Source: Eledone cirrhosa
Taxonomy: Eukaryota
Direction of reading: 5' to 3'
Assembly (NCBI GenBank): GCA_964016885.1
Contig: OZ024740.1
Location: 319,982,001-320,046,000 of the forward strand
Length of the DNA: 64,000 nt
Within the stretch, counting starts at the first letter, position 1, and each line of letters begins with the position of its first letter. The notes below the pieces were generated by a model that worked only from the letters and a program-made list of their open reading frames with translations, had not been told where the DNA came from and made no database searches. Of this stretch, positions 12,901 to 27,900 are shown in pieces. The position numbers and the translations under genes were made by a program.

Positions 12901-15900
12901 GCTTAAAATGATCGTGATCGTAGGTTTACTGGCCACAAGAAACCTAGGGCTAAACAACACTATTGATGGTCATGGCTGGTCTTAAAATGATCGTATGTTT
13001 ACTGGTCACAAGTAACCTAGGGCTAAATAACACTATTGATGGTCATGGCTGGTCTTAAAATGATCGTGATGGTAGGTTTACTGGTCACAAGTAACCTAGG
13101 GCTAATCAACACTATTGATGGCCATCGCTGGTCTTAAAATGATCGTGATCGTAGATTTACTGGTCACAAATAACCTAGGGCTAAACAACACTATTGATGG
13201 TCATGGCTGGTCTTAAAATGATCGTATGTTTACTGGTCACAAGTAACCTAGGGCTAAATAACAATATTGATGGTCATGGCTGGTCTTAAAATAATCGTGA
13301 TGGTAGGTTTACTGGTCACAAATAACCTAGGGCTAAACAACACTATTGATGGCCATGGCTGGTCTTAAAAGGATCGTGATCGTAGGTTTACTGGTCACAA
13401 GTAACCTAGGGCTAAACAAAACTATTGATGGTCATGGCTGGTCTTAAAATGATCGTGATCGTAGGTTTACTGGTCACAAGTAACCTAGGTCTAAACAACA
13501 CTATTGATTATCATGACTGGTCTTAAAATGATCGTGATCGTAGGTTTTACCGGTCACAAGTAGCCTAGGGCTAAACAACACTAATGATGGTCATGGCTGG
13601 TCTTAAAATGATCGTGATCGTAGGTTTACTGGTCACAAATAACCTAGGGCTAAACAACACTATTGATGGTCATCGCTGGTCTTAAAATGATCGTGATCGT
13701 ATGTTTACTGGTCACAAGTAACCTAGGGCTAAACAACACTATTGATGGTCATGGATGGTCTTAAAATGATCGTGATCGTAGGTTTACTGGTCACAAGTAA
13801 CCTAGGGCTAAACAACACTATTGATGTTCATGGCTGGTCTTAAAATGATCGTGATCGTAGGTTTACTGGCCACAAGTAACCTAGGTCTAAACAACACTAA
13901 TGATGGTCATGGCTGGTCTTAAAATGATCGTGATCGTAGGTTTACTGGTCACAAGTAACCTAGGGCTAAACAATACTATTGATGGTCATGGCTAGTCTTA
14001 AAAGGATCGCGATCGTAGGTTTACTGGGTCACAAGTAACCTAGGGCTAAACAACACTATTGATGGTCATGGATGGTCTTAAAATGATCGTGATCGTAGGT
14101 TTACTGGTCACAAGTAACCTAGGGCTAAACAACACTATTGATGTTCATGGCTGGTCTTAAAATGATCGTGATCGTAGGTTTACTGGCCACAAGTAACCTA
14201 GGTCTAAACAACACTAATGATGGTCATGGCTGGTCTTAAAATGATCGTGATCGTAGGTTTACTGGTCACAAGTAACCTAGGGCTAAACAACACTATTGAT
14301 GGTCATTGCTACTCTTAAAATGATCGTGATCGTAGGTTTACTGGCCACAAGAAACCTAGGGCTAAACAACACTAATGATGGTCATGGCTGGTCTTAAAAT
14401 GATCTTGATCCTAGGTTTACTGGTCACAACTAACCAAGGGCTAAACAACACTATTGATGTTCATGGCTGGTCTTAAAATGATCGTGATCGTAGGTTTAAA
14501 AGGTCACAACTAACCTAGGGCTAAACAACACTATTGATAGTCATCGCTGGTCTTAAAATGATCGTGATCGTATGTTTAAAGGGTCACAACTAATCTAGGG
14601 CAAACAACACTATTGATGGTCATCGCTGGTCTAAAAATGATCGTAGGTTTACTGGTCACAAGTAACCTAGGGCTAAACAACACTATTGATGTTCATCGCT
14701 GGTCTTAAAATGATCGTGATCGTAGGTTTACTGGTCACATGTACCCTAGGGCTAAACAACACTATTGATGGTCATGGCTGGTCTTAAAATAATCGCGATC
14801 GTAGGTTTACTGGTCACAAGTAACCTAGGGCTAAACAACACTAATGATGGTCATGGCAGGTCTTAAATTGATCGTGATCGTAGGTTTACTGGTCACAAAT
14901 AACTAGGGCTAAACAATACTATTGATCGTCATGGCTGGTCTTATAATGATCGTGATCGTAGGTTTAAAGGGTCACAACTTACCTAGGGCTAAACAACACT
15001 ATTGATGGTCATGGCTGGTCTTAAAATTATCGTGATCGTAGGTTTACTGGTCACAAGTAACCTAGGGCTAAACAACACTATTGATGGTCATGGCTGATCT
15101 TAAAATGATCGTGATCGTAGGTTTACTGGTCACAAGTAACCTAGGGTTAAACAACACTATTGATGGTCATGGCTGGTCTTAAAATGATCGTGATCGTAGG
15201 TTTACTGGTCACAAGTAACCTATGGCTAAACAACACTAATGATGGTCATGGCTGGTCTTAAAATGATCGTCAATCGTAGGTTTACTGGTCACAAATAACC
15301 TATGGCTAAACAACACTATTGATGGTCATGGCTTGTCTTAAAATGATCGTTATCGTAGGTTTACTGGTCACAAGTAACCTAGGGCTAATCCACACTATTG
15401 ATGGCCATCGCTGGTCTTAAAATGATCGTGATCGTAGGCTTACTGGTCACAAGTAACCTAGGGCTAAACAACACTATTGATGGTCATGGCTGGTCTTAAA
15501 ATGATCGCGATCGTAGGTTTACTGGTCACAAGTAATCTAGGGCTAAACAACACTATTGATGGTCATGGCTGGTCTTAAAATGACCGTGATCGTAGGTTTA
15601 CTGGTCACAAGTAACCTAGGGCTAAACAACAGTAATGATTGTCCTGGCTGGTCTTAACATGATCGTGATCGTAGGATAACTGGTCACAAATAACCTAGGG
15701 CTAAACAACACTATTGATGTTCATGGCTGGTCTTAAAATGATCGTGATCGTAGGTTTAAAAGGTCACAACTAACCTAGGGCTAAACAACACTATTGATAG
15801 TCATCGCTGGTCTTAAAATGATCGTGATCGTAGGTTTAAAGGGTCACAACTTACCTAGGGCTAAACAACACTATTGATGGTCATGGCTGGTCTTAAAATT

Positions 15901-18900
15901 ATCGTGATCGTAGGTTTACTGGTCACAAGTAACCTAGGGCTAAACAACACTATTGATGGTCATGGCAGATCTGAAAATGATCGTGATCGTAGGTTTACTG
16001 GTCACAAGTAACCTATGGCTAAACAACACTATTGATGGTCATGGCTGGTTTTTAAATGATCGTCAATCGTAGGTTTACAGGACACAAGTAACCTAGGGCT
16101 AAACAGCACTATTGATGGTCATTGCTAGTCTTAAAATGATCGTGATCGTAGGTTTACTGGTCACAAGTAACCTAGGGCTAAACAACACTATGGTTGGTCA
16201 TGGTTGGTCTTAAAATGATCGAGATCGTAGGTTTAAAGGGTCACAACTAACCTAGGGCTAAACAACACTATTGATGGTCATGGCTGGTCTTAAAATGATC
16301 GTGATCGTAGGTTTACTGGTCACTAGTAACTTAGGGCTAAACAACACTATTGATGGTCATCGCTGGTCTTAAAATGATCGTGATCGTAGGTTTACTGGTC
16401 ACAAGTACCCTAGGACTAAACAACACTATTGATGGTCATGGCTGGTCTTAAAATGATCGAGATCGTAGGTTTAAAGGGTCACAACTAACCTAGGGCTAAA
16501 CAACACTATTGATGGTCATGGCTGGTCTTAAAATTATCGTGATCGTAGGTTTACTGGTCACAAGTAACCTAGGGCTAAACAACACTATTGATGGTCATGG
16601 CTGCTCTTAAAATGATCGTGATCGTAGGTTTGAAGGGTCACCACTAACCTAGGGCTAAACAACACTATTGATGTTCATGGCTGGTCTTAAAATGATAGTG
16701 ATCGTAGGTTTACTGGTAACGAGTAACCTAGGGCTAAACAACACTATTGATGGTCATGGCTGGTCTTAAAATGATCGTCAATCTTAGGTTTACTAGTCAC
16801 AAGTAACCTAGGGCGAAACAACACTATTGGTTGTCAATGCTGGTCTTAAAATGATCGTGATCGTAGGTTTACTGGTCACAAGTAACCTAAGGCTAAACAA
16901 CACTAATGATGGCCATGGCTGGTCTTAAAATGATTGTGATCCTAGGTTTACTGGTCACAAATAACCTAGGGCTAAACAACACTATTGATGGTCATTGCTG
17001 GTCTTAAAATGATCTTGATGGTAGGCTTGCTGGTCACAATTAACCTAGGTCTAAATAACACTATTGATGGTCATGGCTGGTCTTAAAATGATCGTGATCG
17101 TAGGTTTAGCGGTGACAAGTAACCTAGGGCTAAACAACACTAATGATGGTCATGGCTGGTCTTAAAATGATCGTGATCGTAGGTTTACTGGTCACAAATA
17201 ACCTAGCGCTAAACAACATTATTGATGGTCATCGCTGGTCTTAAAATGATCGTGATCGTAGGTTTACTGGTCACAAGTAACCTAGGGCTAAACAACACTA
17301 TTGATGTTCATGGCTGGTTTTAAAATGATCGTGATCATAGGTTTACTGGTCACAAGTAACCTAGGGTTAAACAACACTATTGATGGTCATGGCTGGTCTT
17401 AAAATGATGGTGATCATAGGTTTACTGGTCACAAGTAACCTAGGGCTAAACAGTACTATTGATGTTCATGGCTGGTCTTAAAATGATCGTGATCATAGGT
17501 TTACTGGTCACAAGTAACCTAGGGTTAAACAACACTAATGATGGTCATGGCTGGTCTTAAAATGATCGTGATCGTAGGTTTAAAGTGTCACAACTAACCT
17601 AGGGCTAAACAACACTATTGATGATCATGGCTGGGCTTAAAATGATCGTGATCGTAGGTTTACTGGCCACAAGAAACCTAGGGCTAAACAACACTAATGA
17701 TGGTCATGGCTGGTCTTAAAATGATCTTGATCCTAGGTTTACTGGTCACAACTAACCTAGGGCTAAACAACACTATTGGTGTTCATGGCTGGTCTTAAAA
17801 TGATCGTGATCGTAGGTTTAAAAGGTCACAACTAACCTAGGGCTAAACAACACTATTGATAGTCATCGCTGGTCTTAAAATGATCGTGATCATATGTTTA
17901 AAGGGTCATAACCAATCTAGGGCTAAACAACACTATTGATGGTCATCGCTGGTCTAAAAATGATCGTAGGTTTACTGGTCACAAGTAACCTAGGGCTAAA
18001 CAACACTATTGATGTTCATCGCTGGTCTTAAAATGATCATGATCGTAGGTTTACTGGTCACATGTACCCTAGGGCTAAACAACACTATTGATGGTCATGG
18101 CTGGTCTTAAAATAGTCGCGATCGTAGGTTTACTGGTCACAAGTAACCTAGGGCTAAACAACACTAATGATGGTAATGGCAGGTCTTAAAATGATCGTGA
18201 TCGTAGGTTTACTGGTCACAAATAACTAGGGCTAAACAATACTATTGATCGTCATGGCTGGTCATATAATGATCGTGATCGTAGGTTTAAAGGGTCACAA
18301 GTAACCTAGGGCTAAACAACACTATTGATGGTCATGGCTGGTCTTAAAATGATCGTGATCGTAGGTTTACTGGTCACAAGTAACCTAGGGTTAAACAACA
18401 CTATTGATGGTCATGGCTGGTCTTAAAATGATCGTGATCGTAGGTTTACTGGTCACAAGTAACCTATGGCTAAACAACACTAATGATGGTCATGGCTGGT
18501 CTTAAAATGATCGTCAATCGTAGCTTTACTGGACACAAGTAACCTAGTGCGAAACAACACTATTGATGGTCATTGCTGGTCTTAAAATGATCGTGATCGT
18601 AGGTTTACTGGTCACAATTAACCTAGGGCTAAACAACACTATTGAATGTCGTGGCTGGTCTCTAAAATGATGGTGTTCGTAGGTTTACTGGTCACAAATA
18701 ACCTATGGCTAAACAACACTATTGATGGTCATGGCTTGTCTTAAAATGATCGTGATAGTAGGTTTACTGGTCACAAGTAACCTAGGGCTAATCAACACTA
18801 TTGATGGCCATCGCTGGTCTTAAAATGATCGTGATCGTAGGTTTACTGGTCACAATTAACCTAGGGCTAAACAACACTATTGAATGTCATGGCTGGTCTC

Positions 18901-21900
18901 TAAAATGATCGTGTTCGTAGGTTTACTGGTCACAAATAACCTATGGCTAAACAACACTATTGATGGTCATGGCTTGTCTTAAAATGATCGTGATCGTAGG
19001 TTTACTGGTCACAAGTAACCTAGGGCTAATCAACACTATTGATGGCCATCGCTGGTCTTAAAATGATCGTGATCGTAGGCTTACTGGCCACAAGTAATCT
19101 AGGGCTAAACAACACTATTGATGGTCATGGCTGGTCTTAAAATGATCGCGATCGTAGGTTTACTGGTCACAAGTAACCTATGGCTAAACAACACTATTGA
19201 TGGTCATGGCTGGTCTTAAAATGATCGTGATCGTAGGTTTACTGGTCACAAATAACCTAGGGCTAAACAACACTATTGATGGTCATAGCTGGTCTTAAAA
19301 TGATCGTGATCGTAGGTTTAAAGGGTCACAAGTAACCTAGGGCTAAACAACACTATTGATGGTCATGGCTGGTCTTATAATGAAGGTGATCGTAGGTTTA
19401 CTGGTCACAAGTAACCTAGGGCTAAACAACACTATTGATGGTAGCCTAGTCTTAAAAGGATCGTGATCGTAGGTTTACTGGTCACAAGTAACCTAGGGCT
19501 AAACAATACTATTAATGGTCATGGCTGGTCTTAAAATGATCGTGATCGTAGATTTACTGGTCACAAGTAACCTAGGGCTAAACAACACTATTGATGGTCA
19601 TGGCTGGTCTTAAAATGATCTTGATCATAGGTTTACTGGTCACAAATAACCTAGGGCTAAACAACACTATTGATGGTCATGGCTGGTCTTAAAATGATCG
19701 TGATCGTAGGTTTAAAGGGTCACAACTAACCTAGGGCTAAACAACACTATTGATGGTCATGGCTGGTCTTAAAATGATCTTGATCCTAGGTTTACTGGTC
19801 ACAACTAACCTAGGGCTAAACAACACTATTGATGTTCATGGCTGGTCTTAAAATAATCGTGATCGTAGGTTTAAAAGGTCACAACTAACCTAGGGCTAAA
19901 CAACACTATTGATAGTCATCGCTGGTCTTAAAATGATCGTGATCGTATGTTTAAAGGGTCACGACTAATCTAGGGCAAAACAACACTATTGATGGTCATC
20001 GCTGGTCTAAAAATGATCGTAGGTTTACTGGTCACAAGTAACCTAGGGCTAAACAACACTATTGATGTTCATTACTGGTCTTAAAATGATCATGATCGTA
20101 GGTTTACTGGTCACATGTACCCTAGGGCTAAACAACACTATTGATGGTCATGGCTGGTCTTAAAATAATCGCGATCGTAGGTTTACTGGTCACAAGTAAC
20201 CTAGGGCTAAACAATACTATTGATCGTCATGGCTGGTCTTAAAATGATCGTGATCGTAGGTTTAAAGGGTCACAACTTACCTATGGCTAAACAACACTAT
20301 TGATGGTCATGGCTGGTCTTAAAATGATCGTGATCGTAGGTTTACTGGTCACAAATAACCTAGGGCTAAACAACACTATTGATGGTCATGGCTGGTCTTA
20401 AAATGATGGTGATCGTAGGTTTACTGGTCACAAGTAAACTAGGGCTAAACAACACTATTGATGGTCATGGCTGGTCTTAAAATGAACGTCACTCTTAGGT
20501 TTACTAGTCACAAGTAACCTAGGGCGAAACAACACTATTGGTTGTCAATGCTGGTCTTAAAATGATCGTGATCGTAGGTTTACTGGTCACAAGTAACCTA
20601 AGGCTAAACAACACTAATGATGGCCATGGCTGGTCTTAAAATGGTTGTGATCCTAGGTTTACTGGTCACAAATAACCTAGGTCTAAACAACACTATTGAT
20701 GGTCTTGGCTGGTCTTAAAATGATCGTGATCGTAGGTTTAGCGGTGACAAGTAACCTAGGGCTAAACAACACTAATGATGGTCATGGCTGGTCTTAAAAT
20801 GATCGTGATCGTAGGTTTACTGGTCACAAATAACCTAGCGCTAAACAACACTATTGATGGTCATCGCTGGTCTTAAAATGATCGTGATCGTAGGTTTACT
20901 GGTCACAAGTAACCTAGGGCTAAACAACACTATTGATGTTCATGGCTGGTCTTAAAATGATCGTGATCATAGGTTTACTGGTCACAAGTAACCTAGGGTT
21001 AAACAACACTATTGATGGTCATGGCTGGTCTTAAAATGATGGTGATCGTAGGTTTACTGGTCACAAGTAACCTAGGGCTAAACAACACTATTGATGGTAG
21101 CCTAGTCTTAAAAGGATCGTGATCGTAGGTTTACTGGTCACAAGTAACCTAGGGCTAAACAATACTATTGATGTTCATGGCTGGTCTTAAAATGATCGTG
21201 ATCATAGGTTTACTGGTCACAAGTAACCTAGGGTTAAACAACACTAATAATGGTCATGGCTGGTCTTAAAATGATCGTGATCGTAGGTTTACTGGTCACA
21301 AATAACCTTGGGCTAAACAACAATATTGATGGTCATGGCTGGTCTTAAAATGTCGTGATCGTAGGTTTAAAGTGTCACAACTAACCTAGGGCTAAACAAC
21401 ACTGTTGATGATCATGGCTGGGCTTAAAATGATCGTGATCGTAGGTTTACAGGCCACAAGAACCCTAGGGCTAAACAACACTAATGAGCGTCATGGCTAG
21501 TCTTAAAATGATCTTGATCCTAGGTTTACTGGTCACAACTAACCTAGGGCTAAACAACACTATTGATGTTCATGGCTGGTCTTAAAATGATCGTGATCAT
21601 AGGTTTACTGGTCACAAGTAACCTAGGGCTAAACAACACTATTGATGTTCATGGCTGGTCTTAAAATGATCGTGATCGTAGGTTTAAAAGGTCACAACTA
21701 ACCTAGGGCTAAACAACACTATTGATAGTCATCGCTGGTCTTAAAATGATCGTGATCATATGTTTAAAGGGTCACAACTAATCTAGGGCTAAACAACACT
21801 ATTGATGGTCATCGCTGGTCTAAAAATGATCGTAGGTTTACTGGTCACAAGTAACCTAGGGCTAAACAACACTATTGATGTTCATCGCTGGTCTTAAAAT

Positions 21901-24900
21901 GATCATGATCGTAGGTTTACTGGTCACATGTACCCTAGGGCTAAACAACACTATTGATGGTCATGGCTGGTCTTAAAATAATCGCGATCGTAGGTTTACT
22001 GGTCACAAGTAACCTAGGGCTAAACAACACTAATGATGGTAATGGCAGGTCTTAAAATGATCGTGATCGTAGGTTTACTGGTCACAAATAACTAGGGCTA
22101 AACAATACTATTGATCGTCGTGGCTGGTCTTAAAATGATCGTGATCGTAGGTTTAAAGGCTCACAAGTAACCTAGGGCTAAACAACACTATTGATGGTCA
22201 TGGCTGGTCTTAAAATGATCGTGATCGTAGGTTTACTGGTCACAAATAACCTAGGGCTAAACAACACTATTGATGGTCATGGCTGGTCTTAAAATGATGG
22301 TGATCGTAGGTTTACTGGTCACAAGTAACCTAGGGCTAAACAACACTATTGATGGTAGCCTAGTCTTAAAAGGATCGTGATCGTAGGTTTACTGGTCACA
22401 AGTAACCTAGGGCTAAACAATACTATTGATGGTCATGGCTGGTCTTAAAAGGATCGTGATCGTAGGTTTACTGGTCACAAGTAACCTAGGGCTAAACAAT
22501 ACTATTGATGGTCATGGCTGGTCTTAAAAGGATCGTGATCGTAGGTTTACTGGTCACAAGTAACCTAGGGCTAAACAACACTATTGATAGTCATGGCTGG
22601 TCTTAAAATAATCGTGATCGTAGGTTTACTGGTCACAAATAACCTAGGGCTAAACATCACTATTGATGGTCATCGCTGGTCTTAAAATGATCGTGATCTT
22701 ATGTTTACTGGTCACAAGTAACCTAGGGCTAAACAACACTATTGATGGTCATGGCTGGTCTTAAAATGATGGTGATCGTAGGTTTACTGGTCACAAGTAA
22801 CCTAGGGCTAAACAACACTATTGATGGTAGCCTAGTCTTAAAAGGATCGTGATCGTAGGTTTACTGGTCACAAGTAACCTAGGGCTAAACAATACTATTG
22901 ATGGTCATGGCTGGTCTTAAAAGGATCGTGATCGTAGGTTTACTGGTCACAAGTAACCTAGGGCTAAACAATACTATTGATGGTCATGGCTGGTCTTAAA
23001 AGGATCGTGATCGTAGGTTTACTGGTCACAAGTAACCTAGGGCTAAACAACACTATTGATAGTCATGGCTGGTCTTAAAATAATCGTGATCGTAGGTTTA
23101 CTGGTCACAAATAACCTAGGGCTAAACATCACTATTGATGGTCATCGCTGGTCTTAAAATGATCGTGATCTTATGTTTACTGGTCACAAGTAACCTAGGG
23201 CTAAACAACACTATTGATGGTCATGGCTGGTCTTAAAATGATCGCGATCGTAGGTTTACTGGTCACAAGTAATCTAGGGCTAAACAACACTATTGATGGT
23301 CATGGCTGGTCTTAAAATGACCGTGATCGTAGGTTTACTGGTCACAAGTAACCTAGGGCTAAACAACAGTAATGATTGTCCTGGCTGGTCTTAACATGAT
23401 CGTGATCGTAGGATAACTGGTCACAAATAACCTAGGGCTAAACAACACTATTGATGTTCATGGCTGGTCTTAAAATGATCGTGATCGTAGGTTTAAAAGG
23501 TCACAACTAACCTAGGGCTAAACAACACTATTGATAGTCATCGCTGGTCTTAAAATGATCGTGATCGTAGGTTTAAAGGGTCACAACTTACCTAGGGCTA
23601 AACAACACTATTGATGGTCATGGCTGGTCTTAAAATTATCGTGATCGTAGGTTTACTGGTCACAAGTAACCTAGGGCTAAACAACACTATTGATGGTCAT
23701 GGCAGATCTGAAAATGATCGTGATCGTAGGTTTACTGGTCACAAGTAACCTATGGCTAAACAACACTATTGATGGTCATGGCTGGTTTTTAAATGATCGT
23801 CAATCGTAGGTTTACAGGACACAAGTAACCTAGGGCTAAACAGCACTATTGATGGTCATTGCTAGTCTTAAAATGATCGTGATCGTAGGTTTACTGGTCA
23901 CAAGTAACCTAGGGCTAAACAACACTATGGTTGGTCATGGTTGGTCTTAAAATGATCGAGATCGTAGGTTTAAAGGGTCACAACTAACCTAGGGCTAAAC
24001 AACACTATTGATGGTCATGGCTGGTCTTAAAATGATCGTGATCGTAGGTTTACTGGTCACTAGTAACTTAGGGCTAAACAACACTATTGATGGTCATCGC
24101 TGGTCTTAAAATGATCGTGATCGTAGGTTTACTGGTCACAAGTACCCTAGGACTAAACAACACTATTGATGGTCATGGCTGGTCTTAAAATGATCGAGAT
24201 CGTAGGTTTAAAGGGTCACAACTAACCTAGGGCTAAACAACACTATTGATGGTCATGGCTGGTCTTAAAATTATCGTGATCGTAGGTTTACTGGTCACAA
24301 GTAACCTAGGGCTAAACAACACTATTGATGGTCATGGCTGCTCTTAAAATGATCGTGATCGTAGGTTTGAAGGGTCACCACTAACCTAGGGCTAAACAAC
24401 ACTATTGATGTTCATGGCTGGTCTTAAAATGATAGTGATCGTAGGTTTACTGGTAACGAGTAACCTAGGGCTAAACAACACTATTGATGGTCATGGCTGG
24501 TCTTAAAATGATCGTCAATCTTAGGTTTACTAGTCACAAGTAACCTAGGGCGAAACAACACTATTGGTTGTCAATGCTGGTCTTAAAATGATCGTGATCG
24601 TAGGTTTACTGGTCACAAGTAACCTAAGGCTAAACAACACTAATGATGGCCATGGCTGGTCTTAAAATGATTGTGATCCTAGGTTTACTGGTCACAAATA
24701 ACCTAGGGCTAAACAACACTATTGATGGTCATTGCTGGTCTTAAAATGATCTTGATGGTAGGCTTGCTGGTCACAATTAACCTAGGTCTAAATAACACTA
24801 TTGATGGTCATGGCTGGTCTTAAAATGATCGTGATCGTAGGTTTAGCGGTGACAAGTAACCTAGGGCTAAACAACACTAATGATGGTCATGGCTGGTCTT

Positions 24901-27900
24901 AAAATGATCGTGATCGTAGGTTTACTGGTCACAAATAACCTAGCGCTAAACAACATTATTGATGGTCATCGCTGGTCTTAAAATGATCGTGATCGTAGGT
25001 TTACTGGTCACAAGTAACCTAGGGCTAAACAACACTATTGATGTTCATGGCTGGTTTTAAAATGATCGTGATCATAGGTTTACTGGTCACAAGTAACCTA
25101 GGGTTAAACAACACTATTGATGGTCATGGCTGGTCTTAAAATGATGGTGATCATAGGTTTACTGGTCACAAGTAACCTAGGGCTAAACAACACTATTGAT
25201 GGTAGCCTAGTCTTAAAAGGATCGTGATCGTAGGTTTACTGGTCACAAGTAACCTAGGGCTAAACAGTACTATTGATGTTCATGGCTGGTCTTAAAATGA
25301 TCGTGATCATAGGTTTACTGGTCACAAGTAACCTAGGGTTAAACAACACTAATGATGGTCATGGCTGGTCTTAAAATGATCGTGATCGTAGGTTTAAAGT
25401 GTCACAACTAACCTAGGGCTAAACAACACTATTGATGATCATGGCTGGGCTTAAAATGATCGTGATCGTAGGTTTACTGGCCACAAGAAACCTAGGGCTA
25501 AACAACACTAATGATGGTCATGGCTGGTCTTAAAATGATCTTGATCCTAGGTTTACTGGTCACAACTAACCTAGGGCTAAACAACACTATTGGTGTTCAT
25601 GGCTGGTCTTAAAATGATCGTGATCGTAGGTTTAAAAGGTCACAACTAACCTAGGTCTAAACAACACTATTGATAGTCATCGCTGGTCTTAAAATGATCG
25701 TGATCATATGTTTAAAGGGTCATAACCAATCTAGGGCTAAACAACACTATTGATGGTCATCGCTGGTCTAAAAATGATCGTAGGTTTACTGGTCACAAGT
25801 AACCTAGGGCTAAACAACACTATTGATGTTCATCGCTGGTCTTAAAATGATCATGATCGTAGGTTTACTGGTCACATGTACCCTAGGGCTAAACAACACT
25901 ATTGATGGTCATGGCTGGTCTTAAAATAGTCGCGATCGTAGGTTTACTGGTCACAAGTAACCTAGGGCTAAACAACACTAATGATGGTAATGGCAGGTCT
26001 TAAAATGATCGTGATCGTAGGTTTACTGGTCACAAATAACTAGGGCTAAACAATACTATTGATCGTCATGGCTGGTCATATAATGATCGTGATCGTAGGT
26101 TTAAAGGGTCACAAGTAACCTAGGGCTAAACAACACTATTGATGGTCATGGCTGGTCTTAAAATGATCGTGATCGTAGGTTTACTGGTCACAAGTAACCT
26201 AGGGTTAAACAACACTATTGATGGTCATGGCTGGTCTTAAAATGATCGTGATCGTAGGTTTACTGGTCACAAGTAACCTATGGCTAAACAACACTAATGA
26301 TGGTCATGGCTGGTCTTAAAATGATCGTCAATCGTAGCTTTACTGGACACAAGTAACCTAGTGCGAAACAACACTATTGATGGTCATTGCTGGTCTTAAA
26401 ATGATCGTGATCGTAGGTTTACTGGTCACAATTAACCTAGGGCTAAACAACACTATTGAATGTCGTGGCTGGTCTCTAAAATGATGGTGTTCGTAGGTTT
26501 ACTGGTCACAAATAACCTATGGCTAAACAACACTATTGATGGTCATGGCTTGTCTTAAAATGATCGTGATCGTAGGTTTACTGGTCACAAGTAACCTAGG
26601 GCTAATCAACACTATTGATGGCCATCGCTGGTCTTAAAATGATCGTGATCGTAGGTTTACTGGTCACAATTAACCTAGGGCTAAACAACACTATTGAATG
26701 TCATGGCTGGTCTCTAAAATGATCGTGTTCGTAGGTTTACTGGTCACAAATAACCTATGGCTAAACAACACTATTGATGGTCATGGCTTGTCTTAAAATG
26801 ATCGTGATCGTAGGTTTACTGGTCACAAGTAACCTAGGGCTAATCAACACTATTGATGGCCATCGCTGGTCTTAAAATGATCGTGATCGTAGGCTTACTG
26901 GCCACAAGTAATCTAGGGCTAAACAACACTATTGATGGTCATGGCTGGTCTTAAAATGATCGCGATCGTAGGTTTACTGGTCACAAGTAACCTATGGCTA
27001 AACAACACTATTGATGGTCATGGCTGGTCTTAAAATGATCGTGATCGTAGGTTTACTGGTCACAAATAACCTAGGGCTAAACAACACTATTGATGGTCAT
27101 AGCTGGTCTTAAAATGATCGTGATCGTAGGTTTAAAGGGTCACAAGTAACCTAGGGCTAAACAACACTATTGATGGTCATGGCTGGTCTTATAATGAAGG
27201 TGATCGTAGGTTTACTGGTCACAAGTAACCTAGGGCTAAACAACACTATTGATGGTAGCCTAGTCTTAAAAGGATCGTGATCGTAGGTTTACTGGTCACA
27301 AGTAACCTAGGGCTAAACAATACTATTAATGGTCATGGCTGGTCTTAAAATGATCGTGATCGTAGATTTACTGGTCACAAGTAACCTAGGGCTAAACAAC
27401 ACTATTGATGGTCATGGCTGGTCTTAAAATGATCTTGATCATAGGTTTACTGGTCACAAATAACCTAGGGCTAAACAACACTATTGATGGTCATGGCTGG
27501 TCTTAAAATGATCGTGATCGTAGGTTTAAAGGGTCACAACTAACCTAGGGCTAAACAACACTATTGATGGTCATGGCTGGTCTTAAAATGATCTTGATCC
27601 TAGGTTTACTGGTCACAACTAACCTAGGGCTAAACAACACTATTGATGTTCATGGCTGGTCTTAAAATAATCGTGATCGTAGGTTTAAAAGGTCACAACT
27701 AACCTAGGGCTAAACAACACTATTGATAGTCATCGCTGGTCTTAAAATGATCGTGATCGTATGTTTAAAGGGTCACGACTAATCTAGGGCAAAACAACAC
27801 TATTGATGGTCATCGCTGGTCTAAAAATGATCGTAGGTTTACTGGTCACAAGTAACCTAGGGCTAAACAACACTATTGATGTTCATTACTGGTCTTAAAA

